From Bacteroidales bacterium (GTDB lineage: Bacteria; Bacteroidota; Bacteroidia; Bacteroidales; Tenuifilaceae), in NCBI GenBank assembly GCA_017524185.1, contig JAFWUG010000071.1:3445-67444 (forward strand): a stretch of DNA of 64,000 nucleotides, given 5' to 3'. Below, in pieces: positions 46,944 to 55,296 of this stretch. The notes under the pieces are model-generated. The model was given only the letters and a program-made list of their open reading frames with translations. It was not told the DNA's origin and made no database searches. The number at the start of each line of letters is the position of its first letter. Position 1 is the first letter of the stretch. The position numbers and the translations under genes were made by a program.

Positions 46944-47660
46944 TTATGAATTATTGCGATGCAGGCCACACTCGCGATGGTCGGGCGACTCCCACCACCA
47001 CCGACCAGAACGTATATCGTCGCCAGGTTTCACAGCGCGGGTGCATGGTTCGCAGCCTATGCTCGGAAAACCCTTGTCGTGCAACTTGTTATAGGGGACA
47101 TGATGCTCGCGGATATAAGCCCAAACCTGTTCCTCGCTCCAATCTATTAGCGGGTTAACCTTAACCAAGCCGTGCATAGCATCCCACTCCACGGCCTGCA
47201 TATCGTGGCGCGTAACCGACTGCTGACGGCGAAGCCCGCAAATCCAAGCATTGCAGCCTGCAAAAGCCCGCGCGAGCGGCTCCAGCTTGCGCACCTGGCA
47301 GCAGCGATGGCGGCTCTCAATGCTATTATAGAACAGGTTGATACCCTCGGCGCGCACCATCTGCTCAACAGCCTCGTGCTGCGGAAAATAAGTGGCTATA
47401 CTGATGCCATAGTGCATGGCTGTTTTGTCGATTAGCTGATAGGTTTCGGGGAACAACCTCCCAGTGTCGAGGGTAAAAATGCGGACCTTGGGGTCTATCT
47501 TTACAGCCATATCGGTAAGCACTTGATCCTCAATGCTTAGGCTCGACGACAGGGCAATACCATGCCCAAACGTGCGAAGCGCGGCAGCCATGATGTCGTG
47601 CGCTGATGCACCTTGAAGCGACTGGTTGAGTTCGGCGGCTAATTCGGCGGTGGGTTTCAT
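46944..47660 (-). CDS. cysH: Adenylyl-sulfate (APS)/PAPS reductase CysH; Fe-S (APS reductase) subtype predicted
   Basis: 238 aa. A CC pair (RHRCCQVRK) plus CxxC (SIGCEPCT) are the cluster ligands of APS reductases. The C-terminal ECGLH motif is present. Confidence 0.85.
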   Translation of the reverse strand: MKPTAELAAELNQSLQGASAHDIMAAALRTFGHGIALSSSLSIEDQVLTDMAVKIDPKVRIFTLDTGRLFPETYQLIDKTAMHYGISIATYFPQHEAVEQMVRAEGINLFYNSIESRHRCCQVRKLEPLARAFAGCNAWICGLRRQQSVTRHDMQAVEWDAMHGLVKVNPLIDWSEEQVWAYIREHHVPYNKLHDKGFPSIGCEPCTRAVKPGDDIRSGRWWWESPDHRECGLHRNNS

Positions 47661-47675
47661 GCGTCGTGCTGATGC

Positions 47676-48950
47676 TTATTTAATCATACCCGCACCCACG
47701 GTCTCGTTGGTATCGGGGTCGATGAATATAAGGCTTCCAGTGGTACGATTGTCGGCGTAGCGGTCGAACACCAGCGGATTAGCGGCACGCAGGGTTATCT
47801 CGGCTATGTCGTTCATGCGCAACTCGCCCACGTTAGTTTCGAGTTCCAAAGTGTTGATGTTACGCCTATGGTTGATGGCACTAACCATGCCCATGGTTTC
47901 GGCGGTTGCCTGGCGCACCACGTATTTGCTGCGGGGAAGCAGGGGACGCTCGTTGAACCAGCACACATCAACCACAACCTCGCGCTCCACCTGTGGCTGC
48001 GGCTCATCGGCACGTACCAACAAGTCGCCACGGCTGATGTCAATGTCATCGGTTAACTCAATGGTGATGCTCGATGGTGCATAAGCCTCATTCATGGGCG
48101 TTTGTGCCATACCAATGGCCTTCACCGTGCTCTCCAAGCCCGATGGCAGCACCCGCACACGGTCCTCCATGCGGAGCACACCTCCAGCCACACGTCCAGC
48201 GTAGCCCCTAAAATCGGCAAATCTGTCGCTAATGGGACGTATCACATACTGCACAGGCATTCTGAAATGCTCGCCTCCCAACTTGTTGGGCATTGGCACT
48301 GTTTCCAAAAAATTTAGCAGCGGCTTGCCTGTGTACCAAGGCATATTCTCTGAGGCGTTCACCACGTTATCGCCCTTTTTGGCACTAATGGGAATGAACT
48401 CCACGTTAGGAATCTGCAGCACCTCCGACATGCGCCTGTAGGCAGCAACAATGTCGTTGTAAACCTGCTCCGAATAGTCAACCAAGTCCATCTTGTTGAT
48501 GGCCACCACAATGGTGGGTATGCCCAACAGACTCGAAATATAGCTGTGGCGAATGGTTTGCTCCAGCACACCATGGCGAGCATCAACCAATATGATCGAC
48601 AAATCGGAGGTAGACGCTCCGGTTACCATGTTTCGGGTATATTGAATATGTCCCGGAGTGTCGGCTATGATGAATTTACGGCGTGGCGTAGCAAAATAGC
48701 GGTAGGCCACGTCGATGGTGATGCCCTGCTCGCGCTCAGCGCGAAGGCCGTCGGTGAGCAAGGCAAGGTTCACATCCTCGTTGCCACGCGATTTTGAGGC
48801 GGCCTCCACCGCCTCCAATTGATCCTCGAATATGGATTTACTATCGTAGAGCAAACGCCCTATGAGCGTGCTTTTGCCATCATCGACGCTGCCTGCGGTT
48901 GAAAATCGCAGCAGTTCCATGTCGAGGTATCCTCTTGTGCTATCTAACAT
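47676..48950 (-). CDS. cysN: Sulfate adenylyltransferase subunit 1 (GTPase) CysN, without a fused APS kinase domain
   Basis: GSVDDGKSTLIGRLL, DTPGH and NKMD are present. At 424 aa there is no CysC extension. Confidence 0.9.
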   Translation of the reverse strand: MLDSTRGYLDMELLRFSTAGSVDDGKSTLIGRLLYDSKSIFEDQLEAVEAASKSRGNEDVNLALLTDGLRAEREQGITIDVAYRYFATPRRKFIIADTPGHIQYTRNMVTGASTSDLSIILVDARHGVLEQTIRHSYISSLLGIPTIVVAINKMDLVDYSEQVYNDIVAAYRRMSEVLQIPNVEFIPISAKKGDNVVNASENMPWYTGKPLLNFLETVPMPNKLGGEHFRMPVQYVIRPISDRFADFRGYAGRVAGGVLRMEDRVRVLPSGLESTVKAIGMAQTPMNEAYAPSSITIELTDDIDISRGDLLVRADEPQPQVEREVVVDVCWFNERPLLPRSKYVVRQATAETMGMVSAINHRRNINTLELETNVGELRMNDIAEITLRAANPLVFDRYADNRTTGSLIFIDPDTNETVGAGMIK

Positions 48951-48976
48951 TGCTTTGTGTGGTGTCTTTTGGGTGT

Positions 48977-49882
48977 TTAGAAGTATCCCGCTTTTTTACG
49001 ATCCTCCATGGCTGTTTCGGAGCGCTTATCATCGGCACGGCTACCGCGCTCGGTTACACGGGTGGCGGCAATCTCCTCAATTATATCCTCCAGCGAGTGA
49101 GCCGCCGACAGGGTTAGCCCTGTGCAGGTGATGTCGCCAATGGTGCGGCAGCGTACCTGCTTGGTTATCACCTGCTCGGTGGGTTTGCGGGGGATGCATG
49201 GCTCGGCTGCGAGCCACTGCCCATCGCGCTCGAACACCTCGCGCTGATGGGTGAAATATAGGCTTGGCATGGGAATTTGCTCCTGATAGATATACTGCCA
49301 AACGTCCATCTCGGTCCAGTTGGAGATGGGGAACACTCGGAAATGCTCGCCCATAGCCTTTTTCCCATTATAGATGCTCCAGAGCTCGGGGCGCTGATTT
49401 TTGGGATTCCACTGCCCAAACTCGTCGCGATGGCTAAAGAAGCGCTCCTTGGCTCGGGCCTTCTCCTCATCGCGACGCGCTCCGCCAATGGCGGCATCGA
49501 AACGATGCTGCTCAATGGTGTCAAGCAGGGTAACGGTTTGCAGCTTATTGCGGCTGGCATAGTAGCCAGTTTCCTCCTTCACGCGGCCTTTGTCGATGCT
49601 CTCCTGCACTGAGCCCACAATAAGTTCTGCACCAATGCGTTGAACCAGCGCATCGCGATAGTCGAGGGTTTCCTGAAAATTATGTCCCGTGTCGATATGC
49701 AGCAACGGGAAAGGCAGCCGGGCTGGGTAGAACGCCTTGTAAGCTAGGTGTGTAACCACAATGGAGTCCTTGCCGCCCGAGAACAGAATCACTGGGCGTT
49801 CGAACTGAGCCGCTGCCTCACGCAGCACATAAATCGACTCGGCCTCAAGCTCTTTTAGGTGTGTTATTTTGGGCTTATCCAT
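48977..49882 (-). CDS. cysD: Sulfate adenylyltransferase subunit 2 CysD
   Basis: The PAPS_reduct fold has ILFSGGKDS. I placed the start at ATG 49882 (MDKPKITHLKELEAESI). The longest ORF runs to 49978. Confidence 0.9.
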   Translation of the reverse strand: MDKPKITHLKELEAESIYVLREAAAQFERPVILFSGGKDSIVVTHLAYKAFYPARLPFPLLHIDTGHNFQETLDYRDALVQRIGAELIVGSVQESIDKGRVKEETGYYASRNKLQTVTLLDTIEQHRFDAAIGGARRDEEKARAKERFFSHRDEFGQWNPKNQRPELWSIYNGKKAMGEHFRVFPISNWTEMDVWQYIYQEQIPMPSLYFTHQREVFERDGQWLAAEPCIPRKPTEQVITKQVRCRTIGDITCTGLTLSAAHSLEDIIEEIAATRVTERGSRADDKRSETAMEDRKKAGYF

Positions 49883-49955
49883 ATCTGATGTATAAACAAT
49901 ACACCACCCAATGCCACAAGGCTCAGCCTCCTGATTCGGGCATTGGGAAGCAGGC

Positions 49956-49963
49956 GCAAAAAT
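49956..49963 (-). promoter_or_regulatory. -7 box TATTTTTG (with TTTG 19 nt upstream) for the cysD operon
   Basis: TAnnTTTG on the minus strand, 74 nt upstream of ATG 49882. A -33-like TTTG lies at 49983-49986. Confidence 0.4.
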
Positions 49964-50010
49964 AGCGTTTTTCTGCAATAATCAAATGAGATATGTGAGG
50001 GTAGATTTAT

Positions 50011-50028
50011 ATACCAAACGTTAGGTAT
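50011..50028. promoter_or_regulatory. Operator-like palindrome ATACCAAACGTTAGGTAT (17/18 symmetric)
   Basis: It lies upstream of the cysD promoter. It is a near-identical copy of the perfect palindrome at 50737-50754. Confidence 0.6.
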
Positions 50029-50037
50029 TTTCACACC

Positions 50038-50685
50038 CTAACCGAACACCGACAGGTCGAAAACGCCCATGCGCAAGGCAGCCATCACGGCATCGTGGGC
50101 GGTTTTCACGCCCAGTTTTCTGAATATATTCTTACGATGCGTGTTGACGGTGTGTCGGCTCAAGAAGCGCTCTTGCGCTATCTGGCGCGTGGTTTTGCCC
50201 TGCGCAATGCAGCGCAAGATTTCAATCTCGGTGTAGGTCAAATCCTCCGTAACGCCATGCTCCATGTCGTGTTTTTGCAGACTGAGCAGCATTTCCGTAG
50301 CCCTATGGCACATGTAGCGCTCGTGCTTAAGCGCATACTCGATGCCTGCCATCACAGCCTGCTCCGACGAATCTTTGAAAACCACGCCTACACAGCGCGT
50401 TTCGTAGGCAATGCGCCGCAAAAAACTCACCGACAGCCTATCGCTCAGCAACAGCCACGAAGCATCTGGAAATCTGAGCGTTAGCCCAATAAGCGAGTCC
50501 TCGCTATCGAAATCGAGCAGCTTAAAATCGAGCAACACCACGGCTTTAGGGTACAACACAAGCAAACCCGTGAGTTCGGCACTAGTATTGACCCTATGCT
50601 GTATGCAATCGGGGAAAGCACTCAGCATGGCACTAAGCCCTTTGCGCGTAAGCTCCTGATTATCTGCAAGAATAAAGCAAGTCAT
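50038..50685 (-). CDS. LuxR/FixJ-type response-regulator-like transcription factor (atypical receiver)
   Basis: 215 aa. The C-terminal LuxR HTH is LTYTEIEILRCIAQGKTTRQIAQERFLSRHTVNTHRKNIFRKLG. The receiver-like N-domain has ADN in place of the usual acidic pair. No kinase gene is adjacent. Confidence 0.8.
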   Translation of the reverse strand: MTCFILADNQELTRKGLSAMLSAFPDCIQHRVNTSAELTGLLVLYPKAVVLLDFKLLDFDSEDSLIGLTLRFPDASWLLLSDRLSVSFLRRIAYETRCVGVVFKDSSEQAVMAGIEYALKHERYMCHRATEMLLSLQKHDMEHGVTEDLTYTEIEILRCIAQGKTTRQIAQERFLSRHTVNTHRKNIFRKLGVKTAHDAVMAALRMGVFDLSVFG

Positions 50686-50702
50686 GGCGTTGTTATCGGG
50701 TG

Positions 50703-50710
50703 CAAATATA
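50703..50710 (-). promoter_or_regulatory. -7 box TATATTTG for the LuxR-type gene
   Basis: TAnnTTTG on the minus strand, 18-25 nt upstream of ATG 50685. Confidence 0.35.
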
Positions 50711-50736
50711 GCCTTTTTACATCAATACACACAAAA

Positions 50737-50754
50737 ATACCAAACGTTTGGTAT
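50737..50754. promoter_or_regulatory. Operator-like perfect 18-bp palindrome ATACCAAACGTTTGGTAT
   Basis: It lies in the divergent luxR-type/pstB-like intergenic region. Confidence 0.6.
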
Positions 50755-50799
50755 TAAAAAGACATCGCCTATGGTATTGTTATAGCACCAAAAACGCTG

Positions 50800-50807
50800 T
50801 ATCTTTG
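50800..50807 (+). promoter_or_regulatory. -7 box TATCTTTG for the pstB-like gene
   Basis: TAnnTTTG, 68 nt upstream of ATG 50875. Confidence 0.4.
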
Positions 50808-50874
50808 CTGCCTATTATTATGAAGTATTTGATGCTAGAAGTGCCGCACCGCCCGCATCGCGAAAAGCAAGCCA

Positions 50875-51741
50875 ATGAGCAATCCACTGAAACAACTAAT
50901 ATTGCGCTATAAGCGCAACAAGGGCGAAGTTGCCATCAACTCGCGCAAGTCGTTTGTTGTGAACAGCAAATTCCCCAAGTTGGAGAACGCCCAGCTGTCC
51001 ACCCAAAACCTCAACGTATATATCAACGGAGCGCATATCCTTAAAGACGTAACGGTGGACATCCCCCGCAACAAAATTACCTGCATAATAGGTCCGTCGG
51101 GGTGCGGCAAAAGCACACTGCTACGCACATTCAACCGCCTCACCGACACCACCGAGGGCGTTAAAATCACGGGCGATGTGCTGCTGGGCGACCGCAGCAT
51201 TACCAAGGCCAGCGGCACAGAAATCACCGAACTTAGGCGCAACATCGGACTGGTGCCACAAAAACCCTGTCCGCTGCCCATGAATATCTACGCCAACGTG
51301 GTTTATGGATGCCGCATACACGGCATACATGGCCGTTCAAAGCTCAACGCCGTGGTGCGCCACTACCTACGAGCCGTGGGGCTATGGGACGAGGTGAAGG
51401 ATCGCCTGCGCTCACCAGCAGCCCGCCTGTCGATTGGACAGCAACAACGCCTATGCCTTGCGCGCTCGCTGGCCGTTGAGCCCAACTACTTGCTGGCCGA
51501 CGAGTCCACCTCGGCACTCGACCCCATATCGAGCCGCACCATTGAGGAACTATTCGTGCGACTGAAAGAGGAGTACTCCATTGTGATGGTTACACACACT
51601 CTGCGCCAGGCCATGCGCATAGCCGACTATGTAGTATTTATGTACCTAGGCGAGGTGATTGAGGCGGGCGAGGCGCAGCAGATATTTCGCAATCCCCAAA
51701 AAGAACTCACCCAGCGCTACCTCAAAGGAGCTTTCAGCTAA
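50875..51741 (+). CDS. pstB: PstB-family ABC ATPase (divergent signature motif)
   Basis: [26 protein letters not shown] and VMVTHTLRQA are PstB-like. The signature is LSIGQQQRL instead of LSGGQ. An N-terminal extension of about 35 aa is present. Confidence 0.8.
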   Translation: MSNPLKQLILRYKRNKGEVAINSRKSFVVNSKFPKLENAQLSTQNLNVYINGAHILKDVTVDIPRNKITCIIGPSGCGKSTLLRTFNRLTDTTEGVKITGDVLLGDRSITKASGTEITELRRNIGLVPQKPCPLPMNIYANVVYGCRIHGIHGRSKLNAVVRHYLRAVGLWDEVKDRLRSPAARLSIGQQQRLCLARSLAVEPNYLLADESTSALDPISSRTIEELFVRLKEEYSIVMVTHTLRQAMRIADYVVFMYLGEVIEAGEAQQIFRNPQKELTQRYLKGAFS

Positions 51742-51765
51742 AGCACAGAGATTCATAAGCATTAA

Positions 51766-51798
51766 AAAAGGGCTGCGATTTTTATCGACAGCCCTTTT
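51766..51798. terminator. Bidirectional terminator between the pstB-like gene and mltG
   Basis: AAAAGGGCTG pairs with CAGCCCTTTT across a 13-nt loop. Confidence 0.75.
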
Positions 51799-51838
51799 GC
51801 ATACAGCAAGTTTGCGTGAACTATACGATGCATAATTG

Positions 51839-52891
51839 TCATCGATAAATCTTACGCTGATTGAGATGACGCGAGTACTCGCGCGAATGGCGCATGTGCT
51901 CGGCATAGTTGGTCGAAAAATGGTGCGTGCCTGAGCCTTCGGCCTTGGCGCAAAAATAGAGATAGTTGTTCTGTGGTGCATTTAGCACCGCATCAATGGC
52001 CGCAATAGATGCCAATCCTATCGGCCCAGGCGGCAAACCGCTGTTCCGATAGGTATTGTAGGGCGACTCCACCTCTAAATGACGATCCAACACACGGCGC
52101 AAACCAAAATCGCGAAGCGCAAACTTAACCGTGGGACAAGCCTGCAAGGGCATACCGCGCCCTAATCTATTGAGATATACCCGCGCCACAAGCGGCTGCT
52201 CGGTGGCCTTGTGGGTTTCTTCTTGCACAATGGAGGCCACAGTGCTCACCTCGATGCGAGATAGCCCCAACGCATGAGCCTTGCCATCGCGCTCTGAGGT
52301 CCAGAAACGGTCATACTCCTTGCGCATACGGTCGAAAAGTTGCTCAGGGGTGATGCTCCAATACACCTCGTAGGTGTTGGGCACAAACATGGCAATGAAT
52401 GTTTGCGGGGTGAATCCATAGCGCTGCGCCATGGTGTCAGACGTGAGCAGCCCCACCAGGGTGGCCGAATCGACTTCAACCTGCCTGGCCAAACGTCCTG
52501 CCAGCTCCTCGGGCAAACGCAGGTTGTTGAAGGTGAGCCTTATGGGCTTTTGCCATCCCAAGCGAAGCATGTTCACCATACGCTTGTTGCTCATTCCTGG
52601 CTCAAACACGTAGCGGCCAGGATAGATTTTATCCCCATAGCCCTGCTGCGCCACCACCCGCTTGAAAATTTCCCAATTATGCACCACCCGATGACATTGC
52701 AACGAGTCGAAAACCTGCTGCAGCGTAGCGTTTGTAGGTATATAGATGCTCACCGGACTATCGATACTGGTGTTTGGCTGCATCTGGCGGCGATAGATAC
52801 GCAACCCCACAACGGCCAGCCCTCCCCCCAACAAGAGTGCCACCGCGACTAGCATAATAATCAACCTTGTTCGACGCTGCATTACAACCAT
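51839..52891 (-). CDS. mltG: Endolytic murein transglycosylase MltG (YceG-like)
   Basis: 350 aa with an N-terminal TM segment. The conserved region has ASIVQEET, YLNRL, LQACPTV, SPYNTY and GLPPGPI. Confidence 0.9.
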   Translation of the reverse strand: MVVMQRRTRLIIMLVAVALLLGGGLAVVGLRIYRRQMQPNTSIDSPVSIYIPTNATLQQVFDSLQCHRVVHNWEIFKRVVAQQGYGDKIYPGRYVFEPGMSNKRMVNMLRLGWQKPIRLTFNNLRLPEELAGRLARQVEVDSATLVGLLTSDTMAQRYGFTPQTFIAMFVPNTYEVYWSITPEQLFDRMRKEYDRFWTSERDGKAHALGLSRIEVSTVASIVQEETHKATEQPLVARVYLNRLGRGMPLQACPTVKFALRDFGLRRVLDRHLEVESPYNTYRNSGLPPGPIGLASIAAIDAVLNAPQNNYLYFCAKAEGSGTHHFSTNYAEHMRHSREYSRHLNQRKIYR

Positions 52892-52980
52892 CTATTTAAC
52901 AGTCCATAAATAGGTTAGTATAAAAAATGGGAGGCAGTACAACCGTCTCCCATCCTCTTCTAAACCATGACAAATAAACT

Positions 52981-53466
52981 CTAATCGAGTTTTTCGTAAA
53001 CCCAAAGTTCCCAAGGCTCCTCTTCCTCCGCATTGTAGTTGATGCGGTCGATCTCGTTGAAAGCCTTACTGTAGGTATCAAAACTGCCCACCGACACGAG
53101 CGTAAAGCCGTTGGGGCCATCGATAATCTTGGTATCTTTGAAACCCATCTGACGCACCTCGCGCTCCCAGCTCTCGGCATTCGAAGGCACTTTGAAACTG
53201 CCTATAATTACATGGAAACGGAATTGGGCCTCGCGCTCTTTAACTTGGCGGATGGAGTCTTGGATAGCCTCTTGGCGAGCCACACGGATGCGCTCGGCCT
53301 CCTGCTCCTGGGCTATTCTGATGCTATCCTCGCGAGCCTTTTCGGCGGCAGCAGGGTCAACAACCTTTTCCTGCTTTGCTTTTTTCTTGTTCTTGCCCTT
53401 GTCGAAGTATTTGCAACCGCCAGCAACAACGGCCAGCGCAACGAACATGAGTACTAGCTTCTTCAT
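52981..53466 (-). CDS. SPOR-domain lipoprotein
   Basis: Lipobox VVAGGC, a Lys/Glu-rich linker, and a C-terminal SPOR-like FRFHVIIGSFKVPSNAE...LVSVGSFDTYSKA. Confidence 0.75.
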   Translation of the reverse strand: MKKLVLMFVALAVVAGGCKYFDKGKNKKKAKQEKVVDPAAAEKAREDSIRIAQEQEAERIRVARQEAIQDSIRQVKEREAQFRFHVIIGSFKVPSNAESWEREVRQMGFKDTKIIDGPNGFTLVSVGSFDTYSKAFNEIDRINYNAEEEEPWELWVYEKLD

Positions 53467-53615
53467 ATCAGCTTGTTAGTTAGGTAGAGTGCTAAAAACA
53501 CCGCAATTTATGAATTTTTTTTATGATAGCGAACACAAAATCGCCATAAAAATAGAGTTTTTTGGAGCATGTCAATATAACACACTGAAATACACTAAAT
53601 TACAATGAATATTTT

Positions 53616-54545
53616 TTACTCCCCAAATGGTGCTTCCGCATCGAAATTGGGGCGATAGGTTTGGGCACTGCTTAGCTCCTGCGCCCAGCCACGTAGCCCC
53701 AACGCATTATACTCGGCAAGCACAGCAGCATACTCCTGCGGTGTAAGGCTACGGTTGAGCGGGCTGGGCAAACTAAGCCCTTCGGGCGGATAGTACTGCG
53801 CCATGAGCGACACGTGTAGCCGAGGCGAAATGCGCTCAACCAACAAGCGCAAAGCGGCAATGCTATTGTCGGTCTGCTCGGGCAGCACCAAATGCCTGAC
53901 TATCAAACCAAACTCGGCCTCGCCATTGTCGTTGAGCACCAACGATGCACCTTTCTGCCTATACATTTCGGCCAGAGCCGCTGTGGCCGTCTCCACATAG
54001 CGTTCTACACCCGAAAAGGCAAGGGCCAACGCGTTGTTGGCATATTTGAAATCGGGCAGATATACATCCACCACGCCCTCGAGCAAACGTAGCATTTGCG
54101 GACTGTCGTAGCCGTTGGAGTTATAGACAATGCGGGGGCGCAAGCCTCGATGGTGCAGTTCGTCCACAATGCGTAGCATCTGCGCCAACTGGTGCGAGGG
54201 CGACACAAAGCCTACAGCCGTTGCTCCCCGCTGCAAGCACTGCTCAATGCTATTGGCAATTGCGGTGTAGGATGTGAGCCACGACGGTTGCGCCGCGCCA
54301 TGGCGGCTAATCTGATGATTTTGACAGAAAGCGCAACGCAAATTGCAGCCCGCAAAGAACACATTGCAAATACCAACCGAACCCGATATGGGCGGTTCCT
54401 CGCCACGATGCAAACACACCGAGGCCACCACGGGCTGCGCCGACACACCGCAACGCCCTACCCCAGCATGGCGATTAGCCCCGCACTGATGGGGACAGAG
54501 CGAGCATGCCTCAAGGGATGTATCGAAATTGGGAACAGACAACAT
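53616..54545 (-). CDS. Radical SAM protein (PflX/COG1313-like activase family)
   Basis: The CxxxCxxC motif is CNLRCAFCQN. I placed the start at ATG 54545 (MLSVPNF...CSLCPHQCG). The longer ORF to 54845 runs through the hairpin cluster. Confidence 0.75.
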   Translation of the reverse strand: MLSVPNFDTSLEACSLCPHQCGANRHAGVGRCGVSAQPVVASVCLHRGEEPPISGSVGICNVFFAGCNLRCAFCQNHQISRHGAAQPSWLTSYTAIANSIEQCLQRGATAVGFVSPSHQLAQMLRIVDELHHRGLRPRIVYNSNGYDSPQMLRLLEGVVDVYLPDFKYANNALALAFSGVERYVETATAALAEMYRQKGASLVLNDNGEAEFGLIVRHLVLPEQTDNSIAALRLLVERISPRLHVSLMAQYYPPEGLSLPSPLNRSLTPQEYAAVLAEYNALGLRGWAQELSSAQTYRPNFDAEAPFGE

Positions 54546-54797
54546 GCATAGGGTATTTTGCCAACGCAAAGATACGAAAAAAGCGGGGATAGAGGTACGG
54601 GCGAAGTGCATGAAGGCACGATAAATCGCGTCCGTACAACAACGCGTGGTTGAGCGTGTCGAAGACACGTTCCTCTCTGTAACCCCACACGGAAGTGTGG
54701 GGGAAGTGCTCACCCCCGCGTCTTTGCTCTCGAAGAGAGCTCCCAGTGCGAACGCGGACACACACGGTGTGTCCCAACCTGCCTGTCGGCAGAAACG

Positions 54798-54852
54798 ACA
54801 TCCACAAACGCAGCAATTACGTGGGTTTCGGATGCGGCACGCCACATTCGCA
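54798..54852. repeat. ~55-nt direct repeat, copy A
   Basis: ACATCCACAAACGCAGCAATTACGTGGGTTTCGGATGCGGCACGCCAC, about 90% identical to 54950-55007. Confidence 0.8.
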
Positions 54853-54949
54853 CGAGAAACAAGGGGGCATGCCCCCTTGTCTTTTCCGCGATTGGATTAC
54901 ACGGAAACGCGTATGTTCGGGGCGTAGAGACGGGGCGTGCCCCGTCTCT

Positions 54950-55007
54950 ACATCCGCAAAACGCAACAATTACGCGGGTTTCGGACGCGGCACGCCACGT
55001 CCCTACA
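54950..55007. repeat. ~55-nt direct repeat, copy B
   Basis: ACATCCGCAAAACGCAACAATTACGCGGGTTTCGGACGCGGCACGCCAC. Confidence 0.8.
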
Positions 55008-55296
55008 TGCGAAACATGATTGTAAATATTTGAATATAAATTACTTACGTTTATTTATACACGCAATTAGGCTGCGATAATATCACAGCCCTACATGCGC
55101 GTTTTGCATGTAAATAAATGATTACAAAACACTTACACCAAACAAGGACGCGATGAATCGCGTCCGTACAACGAACTCAAATACGCCTGAATAGCGGCCT
55201 TGCGCGTTGGGTTCCCCCTCTCCACAGTGGAGAGGGGGTCAGGGGGTGAGGTCTATTGCGCGTACAACCGCTACACACGCCCAATAGGCGCAAAAA

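Noticed and set aside
54546-54845. Cys-rich 100-aa N-terminal extension of the radical SAM protein (MACRIRNPRNCCVCGCRFC...)
   Set aside because: The extension runs straight through the GC-rich hairpin/repeat cluster. The family core, including an upstream CxxCxxxC and the CNLRCAFC motif, begins right after the internal ATG at 54545.
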